Shown here: one piece after another, positions 54,860 through 64,000 of the stretch
How positions within the stretch are numbered: position 1 is the first letter of the stretch
How the letters are laid out: each line of letters starts with the position of its first letter
From: an uncultured Acidobacteriota bacterium
GTDB taxonomy: Bacteria; Acidobacteriota; Thermoanaerobaculia; Multivoradales; JAHEKO01
Assembly: GCA_963713825.1 (NCBI GenBank)
Contig: CAVQNG010000025.1
Location: 832,001 to 896,000 of the forward strand
Direction of reading: 5' to 3'
DNA: 64,000 nucleotides
The notes under the pieces: generated by a model
Told to the model about the DNA's origin: nothing
Seen by the model: only the letters and a program-made list of their open reading frames with translations
The model's database searches: none
Position numbers and translations under genes: made by a program

Positions 54860-56593
54860 TCAGCGGAGTTGCAGGCTTGCTTCGTACATCTTCCCGTCGC
54901 GTAGGTACTGCAGGTCCAAGGTTTCCCCTGGCGGGCTCCGCTTCAGGTACTCGAAGAAGTCCTTGTCGCTCAGTAGTCCGTAGTGGCCGAGCCAGAGGAT
55001 GAGATCTCCCTTTCTCAGGCCGGCCCGGGCAGCTGGGCTCTTCTTGTTCACATTGTCGACCAGAGCCCCGCGAAGGTTCAGCTTCTTGTAGTTCAACTCC
55101 ACGAAGCGCAGGCCGATCTTCTTCGGTGGTATCGGTTTGCTGCGCCCCCGGGGCGCGGCCTTCGAGCCAGAGGCAATGGCCCGCTCGTTCGCCAGGCGAC
55201 CTCTCACAGTCTGCAGATTTCTGCGTGCTGCTGCGGAATCGGGATCGAGACTGAGCGCTCGGGTGTAGGCTGCTTCGGCTGGTTGCAGTGCTTTGGTCGC
55301 CACCAGGACGTGGCCGAGGTCGAGGAAGAGGTCGGCTCGAGTCGGTTCGAGTGAAGTGGCTCGATCGAGGCTCGTTGCCGCCGTTTCGAGATCACCGGCC
55401 GCCTGTTGGGCGAGGCCCAGAATGTGCCATGCCTCGGCATCACTCGGGTCCCATTGCACAGCTCGACTAGCGGACTCGATGGCAGCGTCGTAGCTGCCCT
55501 GCTGGTAGAGGATCGAGGCGACCTGGACCGCGGCGGGCGCGGCTTCCTTCTGGCTGTTTTCAGGATCGGCTTCGATCGCCCTCCGAAAGGTCAGGTTCGC
55601 CTGCTCGAGAGATCCAAGTTGGAACTGGGCGTGACCCAGGCTCGCCCAGAGTGCGGCGTTCCTGGGATGAAGCTCGAGGCTCCTGGTCAGCAGGTCGACA
55701 GCCTCGGGACCGCGGGCGCTATCGGTCAGCGCGCCAGCCAGGTCCATGGCCAGTGCAGTGTCCTCCGGGTCGAGCTTGAAGGCTGTCTGCAGTGCTTTTG
55801 TGGCCGCGGGATGGTTGCCCTGCTCTTGGCGCACAAGTCCCAGGTTCTTCCAGGCCAGGACGTCGTCCGGCTGGACGCGGGTGGCCTCGAGAAAGGCCTC
55901 CTCGGCATCCTGCCATTCACCCTGGTTGAAAAAGAGGACGCCGATGCTGGTTTGGGCTTTGGCCCGCAGACCCGTGGCACCGGCAGAAGTGTCGTTGAAG
56001 GTGATCGAGGCGACCCGCTCGAAGCCGGTCATGGCCTGGTCTTCAGCACCCTGCCTGAGGTCCAGTAGAGCGAGGTTGTAGATCGCTATGGCATTGTCGG
56101 GAGTCAGATCCAAGGCCTCCTGAAGGCGCTGCCGAGCCAGGGAGTCCTGATTTGCCTCCATGGCGACGAGACCTTCCTGGATCTTCTGCGCGGCCTGTCG
56201 TTGGTGCCTCCTGTCTACCTCTTCCAGGGCCCTCTGATACAGCACTTCAAAGTCGCGGTTGTAGTGGCTGGCGTCGAAGGGATACTGCGGATCGATCACC
56301 AGCGCCTGGGTAAGAGAGTCGAGGGCGGGGAGATTCTGCTGTTGGAGATGCTGGAGCCAGGCGGCCGTGACGAAAGCTCGTGCCCTGGCCTCCTCCGACA
56401 GCTCGACCTGGGCGATCTCCAGGTAGAGACGGGTCGCGCCCTGCAGATCACCCTCGGCATAGCGCTCACCGGCCAACTGGTGCAGGTTGCCGACGTCGGC
56501 GCTGTCGGCAGTCTGGGCGGTACTCAGCGGCGGCAGAAGGAGCCAAAGGAAGGCGAGGAGAAGAGTCGCTGATTGGTGAGAATTGTGATCCAC
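54860..56593 (-). CDS. Secreted multi-TPR protein with C-terminal PDZ domain
   Basis: Signal peptide, about 10 TPR-like repeats (YNLA, WKNLG, WASLG, WHILG) and PDZ-like GALV..V..SPAARAGLRKGDLI. Confidence 0.8.
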   Translation of the reverse strand: MDHNSHQSATLLLAFLWLLLPPLSTAQTADSADVGNLHQLAGERYAEGDLQGATRLYLEIAQVELSEEARARAFVTAAWLQHLQQQNLPALDSLTQALVIDPQYPFDASHYNRDFEVLYQRALEEVDRRHQRQAAQKIQEGLVAMEANQDSLARQRLQEALDLTPDNAIAIYNLALLDLRQGAEDQAMTGFERVASITFNDTSAGATGLRAKAQTSIGVLFFNQGEWQDAEEAFLEATRVQPDDVLAWKNLGLVRQEQGNHPAATKALQTAFKLDPEDTALAMDLAGALTDSARGPEAVDLLTRSLELHPRNAALWASLGHAQFQLGSLEQANLTFRRAIEADPENSQKEAAPAAVQVASILYQQGSYDAAIESASRAVQWDPSDAEAWHILGLAQQAAGDLETAATSLDRATSLEPTRADLFLDLGHVLVATKALQPAEAAYTRALSLDPDSAAARRNLQTVRGRLANERAIASGSKAAPRGRSKPIPPKKIGLRFVELNYKKLNLRGALVDNVNKKSPAARAGLRKGDLILWLGHYGLLSDKDFFEYLKRSPPGETLDLQYLRDGKMYEASLQLR

Positions 56594-56613
56594 GGGTGTC
56601 TCCCGATTCCGAT

Positions 56614-58542
56614 CTACTGGTTGTTCCCAGGTCGATTCCGAACCGATAGCTCCTGCTGGCCGGTCAGGTCGAAGGTCACGACCGTTTCCTCGCTGGGTTG
56701 AATCTGAAGCTGGGTCGTTGCCAGGGGCGCCGTGGCTCCTTCGAGAGGGTAGAGCTCGAGTCGATGAGCCCCCGGCGACAGCTTCTTGTTCCGTAGTGGG
56801 CTGCTGCCCACGAGATTGCCGTCGACGGCGACAAGACCCTGCGGCGATCCGAGGCTCGCCTGCACTGTCAGCTGGCCAGGCCGCTGAATCGGACTCCGTA
56901 GCGTCCGCTGCTCTCCCGACTCCAACTTCAGTCGGACGGTCTGTCTGGAGGAGTACTCGGGTGTGGACAGCGAAAAGACTGCCCTGTGATCCCCCGGAGG
57001 AAGCTGGAGCGAACGACCCCTCGAGAGCGCCATGGGGCGGCCGCGGTCGATCGAGACCGTGGTTTCTGGATGCCAGCTGGCGGCGAGTGTGAGCGTGGCG
57101 TCCACGATGAGCGGTACTTCGGGTTCCGGGTCCGGCTCATCGTCATGACTCGAGGCCGCGGCGTCCGTCGCGGGTTCACTGGCTCCCGGATCCTCGACTT
57201 CGGTACCGGCGGTAGGCTGCACCTCCTGAGACCCTTCCTGTCCGGCCGTGGAGGCCGAAACTGGAATGCTCTGGCTACTTGGCTCCGGCTGCGACGACGA
57301 GGCTCGAGCTTTTACCGCCCCGGTCGGTTGGGTGCTGTCGCCCGACTCTGCTACGACCAGTGAAGAGCCGGCAGGTAGTGACGGTGGCAGCTCCTCAGGC
57401 CATGGTGCTACACCGCGCATTCCGAGCCAGGCGTAGCCCGCTCCGCAGGCCGCTATGGCGAGGATGGAGATCAAGATCCTCTTGAAATTGAGCCGCCGAT
57501 TCGGAATGGCGATTCCAGTCGGGGTCCACTCATGTTGAATGACGGGGTCGAAGGCATCTCGTTCCCTGGCAGCCTGGGCGGGTATTCGACCGGGGTCGAT
57601 GCCTGTGCTCTCAGGACTCTGCAAGGGGGGCGAGGATGATTTGCGTAGGGCCGCGGTCAGGTCCCTGGAACTGGTATCGGCCTTCAGGTCCTCGCGGATG
57701 GACTCGAGAGCCTCGATGATCTCACCACAATGCGGGTAGCGTCGCCCCGGCTCCTTCTCGAGGCAGCGGAAGACCAGCTGACGCAGACCCTCGGGACACA
57801 CCGAGGGCGGAAGAGTGATCGGCCTGGGATCGTCGTTCAGAATCTCGTACAGAATGGCTGAGATCGTCTCCTGCGAGAAGGGGCGCTCGCCCGTGACCAG
57901 TTCGTAGGCAAGGACTCCGAAGGAGAAGATGTCGGTCCTGCCATCGGCCGTCTCGCCACGGATCTGTTCGGGGGCGAGATAGGCGGCTGTTCCCATCGTC
58001 GTCCCAGCCGCTGTCAAACGCGTGTCGGAGTGCTGCAACGTGGCGACGCCGAAATCCATGATCTTCGCGGTGCCATCCTCGAGGATCCGGATGTTCGCAG
58101 GCTTGATGTCCCGATGAACCACACCCTTGGAGTGGGCATACTGGAGCCCGCGAGCGATATGAATCAAATAGAGAAGTCGTTCGGGTTGAGGCACGAAGGC
58201 CCGGTTGGTGATCTTCTTGTCGAGATCTTCTCCAGACAGGAATTCCTGCACCAGAAAGGGCGTCCCCGCCTCGGTACCGAAGTCGAAGATGCGAACGATG
58301 TTGGGGTGGTCGAGCTGGCCCGCGATCTGCGCTTCACGGGTGTAGCGTTGCTTCAGCTCGTCGTCGGGCGACGTACAGGTCTTGATTGCGACGAATCGCT
58401 GAATGAGCGGGTCGAAGCCCTTGTAGACGATGCCAAAACCGCCCTCGCCGATTCGATCCACCACCTCGTACTTGCCGAGATGGGGAGGCGCGGCCGCGTT
58501 TGCGGTCGCCAATGGTCGATCTGCTTGTGGTAGCCCCTGCAA
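56614..58542 (-). CDS. Hanks-type Ser/Thr protein kinase with TM and PEGA-like extracellular region
   Basis: Motifs IGEGGFGIVY, VAIK, HRDIKPANI, DFG, GTAAYLAPE, DIFSFG; TM segment; C-terminal VDG..G.SP..L.PG.H. RBS GGAGGTG before the TTG start. Confidence 0.92.
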   Translation of the reverse strand: MQGLPQADRPLATANAAAPPHLGKYEVVDRIGEGGFGIVYKGFDPLIQRFVAIKTCTSPDDELKQRYTREAQIAGQLDHPNIVRIFDFGTEAGTPFLVQEFLSGEDLDKKITNRAFVPQPERLLYLIHIARGLQYAHSKGVVHRDIKPANIRILEDGTAKIMDFGVATLQHSDTRLTAAGTTMGTAAYLAPEQIRGETADGRTDIFSFGVLAYELVTGERPFSQETISAILYEILNDDPRPITLPPSVCPEGLRQLVFRCLEKEPGRRYPHCGEIIEALESIREDLKADTSSRDLTAALRKSSSPPLQSPESTGIDPGRIPAQAARERDAFDPVIQHEWTPTGIAIPNRRLNFKRILISILAIAACGAGYAWLGMRGVAPWPEELPPSLPAGSSLVVAESGDSTQPTGAVKARASSSQPEPSSQSIPVSASTAGQEGSQEVQPTAGTEVEDPGASEPATDAAASSHDDEPDPEPEVPLIVDATLTLAASWHPETTVSIDRGRPMALSRGRSLQLPPGDHRAVFSLSTPEYSSRQTVRLKLESGEQRTLRSPIQRPGQLTVQASLGSPQGLVAVDGNLVGSSPLRNKKLSPGAHRLELYPLEGATAPLATTQLQIQPSEETVVTFDLTGQQELSVRNRPGNNQ

Positions 58543-58616
58543 ATCTCACCTCCCGGCCCGTCTCAGGTGAGTCGGCCGGAAGCGCCTCCGGCGAGCGATT
58601 CAGGGACGGGTCGGCG

Positions 58617-58644
58617 CCTGGGTTCCGCGGCTGCGGAACCCAGG
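58617..58644. terminator. Strong GC hairpin between the esterase-like gene and the kinase (terminator or stabiliser)
   Basis: CCTGGGTTCCGC-GGCT-GCGGAACCCAGG is a 12-bp perfect stem. It has no U-tract on the minus strand. Confidence 0.45.
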
Positions 58645-58702
58645 TTTCATGGTAGAGGTGGGTGGGCGTAAGTCCTATGAAATGGATCACTTCCGGCGTT
58701 TT

Positions 58703-60460
58703 TCAATAGCGCCAGCTGGTCAGGTCGGCCCCTTCTGGAGCCGATTCTTCGATGCGTTGCAGAATCCTGGGCAGGTAGAACGTGTTGTATCGCAGGCGAG
58801 ACAGGCTATTGGGGTTCTCGTGGTCGCCGTTCCAGCAGTGTTCGGCGCGGTCACCGTAGTCCACCAGGCCGCCGTAGTAGGGGTCTGTAGTGGATTCCAG
58901 GAACTCCTCCATCAGGTAGACGGCGTTGTTGAGATAGTAGTTGTCCATGTCGCCGCAATAGATGTGGATCTTGCCTTCGAGCTGCCGACCCAAGGATGCC
59001 CAGTTCTCCTCGAGCACCAGACGTAGGTCGTACTTCTTCCAGTGTTCTGCCACCTCGGGGTCGATCTCACCCGTTTGCTTGTCCCAGATGGGGGCAGGGT
59101 AGCCGTCGGCTCCAACGGGTGAATAGACTGCCTGCCAGATGTCGTATTGGTCGCCAGATCGGGAATTCGAGCCCAGGGCGAGCTCCATGAGGTTCGAGTC
59201 CTCGAGAGTCGCGTTCACCTGGCCGAGCCAGTTTCGATGCCCAGGACGGGCGACGCGGTTGAATTCGCCCTCGTCGTAGTAGGCATTCCGGTCCTCATAG
59301 ATATTGACTACCGTGTAGGCGCGAAAGTCGATCGGGTCAGGGCAGGCGGCGAAGCACCCGTTGTACTGGTCCGGATAGAACACCTGGGCGGCCAGAGCTT
59401 CCCAACCTCCGGTGGAGCCGCCGTACAGAAAGCGGGCCCAGGGCTCACCGAGTCCACGAAACTTCTCTTCGATGTAGGGGATCAACTCGTAGGTAATGGC
59501 ATCTCCGTACGGGCCTAGATTGGCGGAGTTCACAGCGTAGGAGTCGTCGTAGTAGGGATTGGCGTGCTGGATTTCGATGGCCAGAAATCTCGGAAAATCG
59601 TCTCCCTTCCATGTCTGGTAGAAGTCGAAGGCCTCCTGCTGAACGATCTTGTTGTAGCACTCGACCTGAAACCGCTCACTGTACTCGCATTCCAGATCGG
59701 GATCGGGTGGTGTCGTTCGAAAACCGCCGAAATCATCAGGAAAATGGCCGTGAAAGATCATCAGCGGATACCGCGCTTCCGCGTGCTCATCGAATCCCCT
59801 CGGCAGCAGGACATGGGCGCCGAGATACATCGGCCTGCCCCAGAACTCGGTCAACAGCTCGCTTTGAATCTTCACGTGCTTGATGTAGGCCGTGTCCTCG
59901 GGCTCCTCGATGGGAGGGATGATCTGGTCCAGAACGATCTCGATGCGACTTTCTTCGGCAGGGTCGAGGGGCATTTGAACAGGCGTGCTGTACAGGTTGC
60001 CCGGGGCACGATTCCAGTGCTGTCCCTCGCCTCGATCCATCGGTAGCTTGACGACGTGGCCGTCGGAGCGGCGAAAGGTCTCGTAGCGGTGGAGAACCGC
60101 CTGGACCCAGTAGTCACCAACCGGCAGATCTGCAAGACTCCGGATGGGGTAGCCGAAGGTTGTAGCGTCGATGATGGCCAGTGCTCCAGGGGCCAGGCCC
60201 TCGACATCGACGCCTGCGATCTGAATGGCTTCGACCCCCGCTGAGACCTGCATCCGGGGCTCGTCCGAGGCGTCTCTCGAGATCAGGAGCAAGACTCTTC
60301 CATCGAGATTCTGATCCTGCGTAGCGGCCTCGAAGCGGACCGCGAACTCCAGGGCGACGGTCGATGCAGACATGGCCAGCGAGGCGGCCATACAAGCCAG
60401 CAATATCCCCAGGGGTCGCGTTTGTAGTCGGACCTTCTTCGGGTGCAGTTGGGTAGACAT
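58703..60460 (-). CDS. Secreted alpha/beta-hydrolase (putative esterase)
   Basis: Signal peptide, SELLTEFWGRPM..VLLP, YAVNSANLGPYGDA, nucleophile motif GGSTGGW, PDPIDF and GDMDNYYL. Confidence 0.75.
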   Translation of the reverse strand: MSTQLHPKKVRLQTRPLGILLACMAASLAMSASTVALEFAVRFEAATQDQNLDGRVLLLISRDASDEPRMQVSAGVEAIQIAGVDVEGLAPGALAIIDATTFGYPIRSLADLPVGDYWVQAVLHRYETFRRSDGHVVKLPMDRGEGQHWNRAPGNLYSTPVQMPLDPAEESRIEIVLDQIIPPIEEPEDTAYIKHVKIQSELLTEFWGRPMYLGAHVLLPRGFDEHAEARYPLMIFHGHFPDDFGGFRTTPPDPDLECEYSERFQVECYNKIVQQEAFDFYQTWKGDDFPRFLAIEIQHANPYYDDSYAVNSANLGPYGDAITYELIPYIEEKFRGLGEPWARFLYGGSTGGWEALAAQVFYPDQYNGCFAACPDPIDFRAYTVVNIYEDRNAYYDEGEFNRVARPGHRNWLGQVNATLEDSNLMELALGSNSRSGDQYDIWQAVYSPVGADGYPAPIWDKQTGEIDPEVAEHWKKYDLRLVLEENWASLGRQLEGKIHIYCGDMDNYYLNNAVYLMEEFLESTTDPYYGGLVDYGDRAEHCWNGDHENPNSLSRLRYNTFYLPRILQRIEESAPEGADLTSWRY

Positions 60461-60560
60461 GGATTCCCTCCCTTTCTACTCGAAGCGCGGCAGAGGCAGT
60501 CTATCTCGTCGCTGAGCGGGGAGATGCCGGTTTGCAGCCTGCGGGTTAGAATTGTCGACC

Positions 60561-61541
60561 ATGATGATCGCACCGCTGCCTCGGAACTCCTTCGATTCGG
60601 CCCTCGAGGGTCATGGCCTGGAGCCCTTGCGCCGTGGGCCCGTGACAACCCTGCAGGTCAATGTGGGGCTGGTCTGCAATCAGGCTTGCCACCACTGCCA
60701 TGTCGAGGCAGGCCCGACTCGGACCGAGACCATGGAGTCCGCAACGGTGGAGAGGATCGTGGAGCTTCTATCCTCCGATCCGGTGGTCGAGAACCTCGAT
60801 CTCACCGGTGGCGCGCCGGAGCTGAATCGTCATTTCAGGCCACTGGTCCAGTGGGGGCGACAGAGAGGTCTGCGCGTCATCGATCGCTGCAACCTGACCG
60901 TGCTCGAAGAGCCGGGCCAAGAAGACACAGCAGAGTTCCTGGCCGCGAACCGGGTCGAGATCGTAGCCTCCCTGCCCTGCTACCTGCAGGAGAATGTCGA
61001 TCGGCAGAGGGGCAGGGGAGTTTACGAGAAGAGCATTGCGGCTCTCAGTCGCCTCAATGCCCTGGGCTATGGCGTGTCGGGAACGGGATTGTCCTTGCAC
61101 CTGGTCTACAACCCGGGGGGCGCGAGTTTACCGCCTTCACAAGCCGATCTCGAGCCCAGCTATCGACGCGAGCTCAGATCCCGGTTCGGACTCGAGTTCA
61201 CCAATCTGCTGACCCTGACCAATATGCCCATCCGCCGCTTCGCCGATTTTCTGCAGCGGACCCAACAGCACGCTGCCTATCACTCCTTACTGGTCAACCA
61301 CTTCAACCCGGCCACTGTGGCGGAGTTGATGTGTCGGTCGCTTCTCTCTGTCGGGTACGACGGTCGACTCTACGATTGCGACTTCAATCAGATGCTGGCC
61401 CTGCCAGTGGCGCAAGGCCGCGAGACGATCTGGCAGTTGGAAAGCCTGCAGGAGGTAGAGGGCTCGCCAATTGTCACCGGCTCGCACTGCCTCGGGTGCA
61501 CAGCGGGCGCTGGTTCCAGCTGCGGCGGAGCGCTAGCCTGA
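60561..61541 (+). CDS. arsS: ArsS/DUF3641-type radical SAM protein (Cys-rich C-terminus)
   Basis: Motifs LQVNVG-x-x-CNQACHHCHVEAGP, DLTGGAPELN, IDRCNL, ASLPCY, LMCR, YDCDFNQML and HCLGCTAGAGSSCGG. Start chosen from TAGAAT located 8 nt upstream. Confidence 0.88.
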   Translation: MMIAPLPRNSFDSALEGHGLEPLRRGPVTTLQVNVGLVCNQACHHCHVEAGPTRTETMESATVERIVELLSSDPVVENLDLTGGAPELNRHFRPLVQWGRQRGLRVIDRCNLTVLEEPGQEDTAEFLAANRVEIVASLPCYLQENVDRQRGRGVYEKSIAALSRLNALGYGVSGTGLSLHLVYNPGGASLPPSQADLEPSYRRELRSRFGLEFTNLLTLTNMPIRRFADFLQRTQQHAAYHSLLVNHFNPATVAELMCRSLLSVGYDGRLYDCDFNQMLALPVAQGRETIWQLESLQEVEGSPIVTGSHCLGCTAGAGSSCGGALA

Positions 61542-61562
61542 GTAGCACCCCTGCCTTCGATC

Positions 61563-61901
61563 TCAGTTGAATGACGCGATGGCTTCGTCTTCGTCTTCGA
61601 AGATCTCGAAGACGCGCGCGATCTGCGTGATGGTGAGGACATCCCGGATGTTCGAGGGCAGGCGGAGCAGCTTGATCTGTCCACCAGACTCTGTGACCTT
61701 CTTGTAGGCCGCCACCAACTCCGCCATTCCTGAGGAGTCCATCTTGCTGGCTTTCTGGAAATCCACCAGGAGACTCATCGAGCCCGCGGCGAGCGCTTCA
61801 TCGACTGCATCCCTGAAGGCAATATCTCCGATGCCGATCGTGATTTTGCCCGCCGGCTGGAGGATGGTGACGCCATCTCGGCTACGCACTGGAATCTTCA
61901 T
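61563..61901 (-). CDS. STAS anti-sigma-factor antagonist (RsbV/SpoIIAA-like)
   Basis: GKITIG, MDSSGM phospho-Ser motif and VFEIFEDEDEAIASF. Confidence 0.9.
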   Translation of the reverse strand: MKIPVRSRDGVTILQPAGKITIGIGDIAFRDAVDEALAAGSMSLLVDFQKASKMDSSGMAELVAAYKKVTESGGQIKLLRLPSNIRDVLTITQIARVFEIFEDEDEAIASFN

Positions 61902-62359
61902 GACTCGACCTCCTTGGAGCCTGAGTCTGAGGCAGACGACGGGAGACGTTTTTTGAGAGTCACCTGGGTCGCGCCTTGGCTGTCGAACTTGAAATCGACT
62001 TCGTCCATGAAGGCTCTCATCAGCAGAATCCCTCGGCCACTGGAATTGAACAGGTTGTCAGTGGCCAGAGGATCGGGAACCGCGTCGACGTCGAATCCAC
62101 TCCCCTCGTCTGTAATACGCAGCGCCATCACATCCTGTTTCAAATCGCAGCAGAGCTCGACCTTCTTGGTCGGGTCTTGCTTGTTGCCATGCCGCATTCC
62201 ATTGGCAACCGCCTCTCGAATGGCCAGCCCAAGTCGCTCCACCGTTTCCTCGTCGAATCCGAAATGCCGCATGGAGGCTTCCATGACAGCGTCGACGAGG
62301 TCGATGTTCTCGAAGCGACTCGCGATCGCTACCTTGATTTGAAGATCTTGTTCTGCCAT
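61898..62359 (-). CDS. RsbW-like anti-sigma factor / Ser kinase
   Basis: Motifs EAVANGMRHGN, DEGSGFD..VPDP, SGRGILLMRAFMDEV. ATGA overlap with the STAS gene. Confidence 0.9.
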   Translation of the reverse strand: MAEQDLQIKVAIASRFENIDLVDAVMEASMRHFGFDEETVERLGLAIREAVANGMRHGNKQDPTKKVELCCDLKQDVMALRITDEGSGFDVDAVPDPLATDNLFNSSGRGILLMRAFMDEVDFKFDSQGATQVTLKKRLPSSASDSGSKEVES

Positions 62360-62390
62360 ATCAGTCAAGGTCACGAAGTGTAGCAAACGC

Positions 62391-62422
62391 CCTTCCGGGA
62401 GGTCGACGACCACCCCGGAAGG
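62391..62422 (-). terminator. Hairpin downstream of the glycosyl-hydrolase-like gene
   Basis: CCTTCCGGG...CCCGGAAGG stem with an inner GGTC/GACC stem, about 15 nt after the stop codon; the U-tract is weak. Confidence 0.4.
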
Positions 62423-62437
62423 ACTTCTGCGGCATCT

Positions 62438-64000
62438 CTACTCCGGAATCAGTACCGCCGGAGCCGCTTTCTCTCTCACCAGTCGATTGAGCTCTGCAAT
62501 CTCTTCGCCAACGACGCCGTCCAGTTCCGCCAGATAGCCGTCCAGCTCGCCTCGCAGGTCGCGATAGAGCTCGATGGCCCCGTCGGTCGGTGCTGCGTCG
62601 GCACTTTGCACGCCGCTCATGACATCCAGGATCTTGTTGTCGAGACGAGGTGGGTAGTTGAGAGTGTCCTGAGAGGATTCGTTCTTGGTCTGATAGATCT
62701 TCTCTTCGATGCTGGTGAGCTGCTCGCCGATCGTTTCTGAGATCTCGGCGATGCCGTCTCCATAGCCAGCCTTCTCCAACCGCTCGGCCAGCACCTCGAC
62801 CTGGGAACGCATGTCGCGGATCTTGCCGAGCGCCTGATGGCTGGCGCTCAGAGTCTCCCAGATTTCGGTCGCCAGCTCGTACTGGGCAACCAGGTCCGCC
62901 TGGCTGACGTCGATCCGGGGATCCTTGACCAATTGGATGTCCACCGTCTGGCTCCAGTCGCCGAGAGTCAGACGAGCCTGGTAGCTACCTGGCGGGACGA
63001 TCGGGCCACTGGCCATCCCCCAGAGGACGGCGTCTTCGACGAGCTCCGCATCGTGCCGGCGCAGGTTCCACACATACCGGTTGAGACCCGTCTCGGCTGT
63101 CAGCTTGCGACTGCCGGCCGCCTCCGGAAAGAAGCGCCGCCATGGGCTCGGCGCCTGGGGCTCGTCCTTCTCACTGGAGAGGGTCCGCAAGACAGATCCT
63201 TTCGCGTCCAGAATCTCGAGCTGAAGCTCGTCCTCGATCTCCGCGCCCAGCAGGTAGTAGAGGATGACTCCAGTCGGGGGGTTCGAGCCCGAACCACCGC
63301 TGCCGAAGCCACCGCCACCGCCGAATCGATAGGTCGTCCGTGGTTGAAACAGGTGGGCCTCTGCATCAGCCATTTCCGGGGTCATGCTGTGCAGCGGGGT
63401 CAGGTCGTCGAGGATCCAGAAGGAGCGACCCTGTGTCGCTACGACCAGGTCCCGGCCTGTGATGGCCATGTCGGTAATCGGTGTGATGGGCAGATTCTGT
63501 TGGAAGGGTTCCCAAGTCTGGCCATCGTCGAACGAGGAATAGAGGCCGAACTCCGTGCCTGCGAACAGGAGTCCTTTTCTGTCCGGGTCCTCGCGAATCA
63601 CTCGAACGAAGTGATCGGCGGGGATCCCATTCGTGCCTGTGGTAATCAAAGACCAGCTGTCACCATAGTCGTTGGTGCGAAAGACATACGGCGTGAAGTC
63701 GTCTGTCCGGTAGCGCGTTACCGCAAGGAAGGCGCGTCCGGGGTCGTGAGAGGAGAGCTCGATCATGTTGACCTGGCCCCAGTCCGGCATCCCGGCTGGC
63801 GTGATCTCGTTCCAGGTCTCGCCATTGTCACGAGACAGGTGCACCCTGCCGTCGTCGGTTCCCGCCCAGAGGAGTCCCTGTGTTTGCTTCGACTCCTCGA
63901 AGGCGAAGATCGTGTCGTAGACCTCGACGCCCGTGTTGTCCCACGTCAGGTCACCACCCGCGTAGCCCTGTTTTTCTGCATCGTTGCGAGTCAGATCGGG
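62438..64000 (-). CDS. VPS10/BNR-repeat glycosyl-hydrolase-like protein (5'-truncated by window edge)
   Basis: Frame is open to position 64000. It has Asp-box repeats (SRDNGETW, TNDYGDSW, SFDDGQTW), REDP..LLFAGTEFG, ATQGRSFWILDD and a helical C-terminus. Confidence 0.85.
   Translation of the reverse strand, partial: PDLTRNDAEKQGYAGGDLTWDNTGVEVYDTIFAFEESKQTQGLLWAGTDDGRVHLSRDNGETWNEITPAGMPDWGQVNMIELSSHDPGRAFLAVTRYRTDDFTPYVFRTNDYGDSWSLITTGTNGIPADHFVRVIREDPDRKGLLFAGTEFGLYSSFDDGQTWEPFQQNLPITPITDMAITGRDLVVATQGRSFWILDDLTPLHSMTPEMADAEAHLFQPRTTYRFGGGGGFGSGGSGSNPPTGVILYYLLGAEIEDELQLEILDAKGSVLRTLSSEKDEPQAPSPWRRFFPEAAGSRKLTAETGLNRYVWNLRRHDAELVEDAVLWGMASGPIVPPGSYQARLTLGDWSQTVDIQLVKDPRIDVSQADLVAQYELATEIWETLSASHQALGKIRDMRSQVEVLAERLEKAGYGDGIAEISETIGEQLTSIEEKIYQTKNESSQDTLNYPPRLDNKILDVMSGVQSADAAPTDGAIELYRDLRGELDGYLAELDGVVGEEIAELNRLVREKAAPAVLIPE

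Overview
GC-rich (roughly 60-65%), gene-dense chromosomal segment. The taxon is most likely an Acidobacteriota (Thermoanaerobaculia-like) bacterium; this is an inference from gene content and the C-terminal IFADGFESGD..AWS and LRALGY motifs. There are about 45 CDS and no rRNA, tRNA, CRISPR array, prophage or intact transposase that I can see. Core or metabolic genes: purE, cstA, selD, addBA-like helicase/nuclease, glgA, ybdK-like ligase, fused E1 2-oxoacid dehydrogenase, two-gene fused 2-oxoacid:ferredoxin oxidoreductase, sufT, threonine deaminase, pgm, an ArsS-type radical SAM enzyme and an RsbW/RsbV-like pair. Main points of interest: (1) selD is a selenoprotein, with an in-frame UGA and a SECIS-like hairpin, and the ORF track truncates it. 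(2) LpxC is fused to an intact NtrX-like receiver domain and is translationally coupled to glgA. (3) A 16 kb, 14-gene operon behind a sigma-54-type promoter joins a GldA/F/G-like ABC module, a thioredoxin-Ig fusion, MoxR/DUF58, a parvulin-less foldase and BatA-E. (4) An 820 bp intergenic region is built from several long inverted repeats, including a structured segment resembling an orphan IS110-family non-coding end. (5) A pentaheme cytochrome c ends in a possible sorting motif. (6) Many genes have a leaderless promoter layout.
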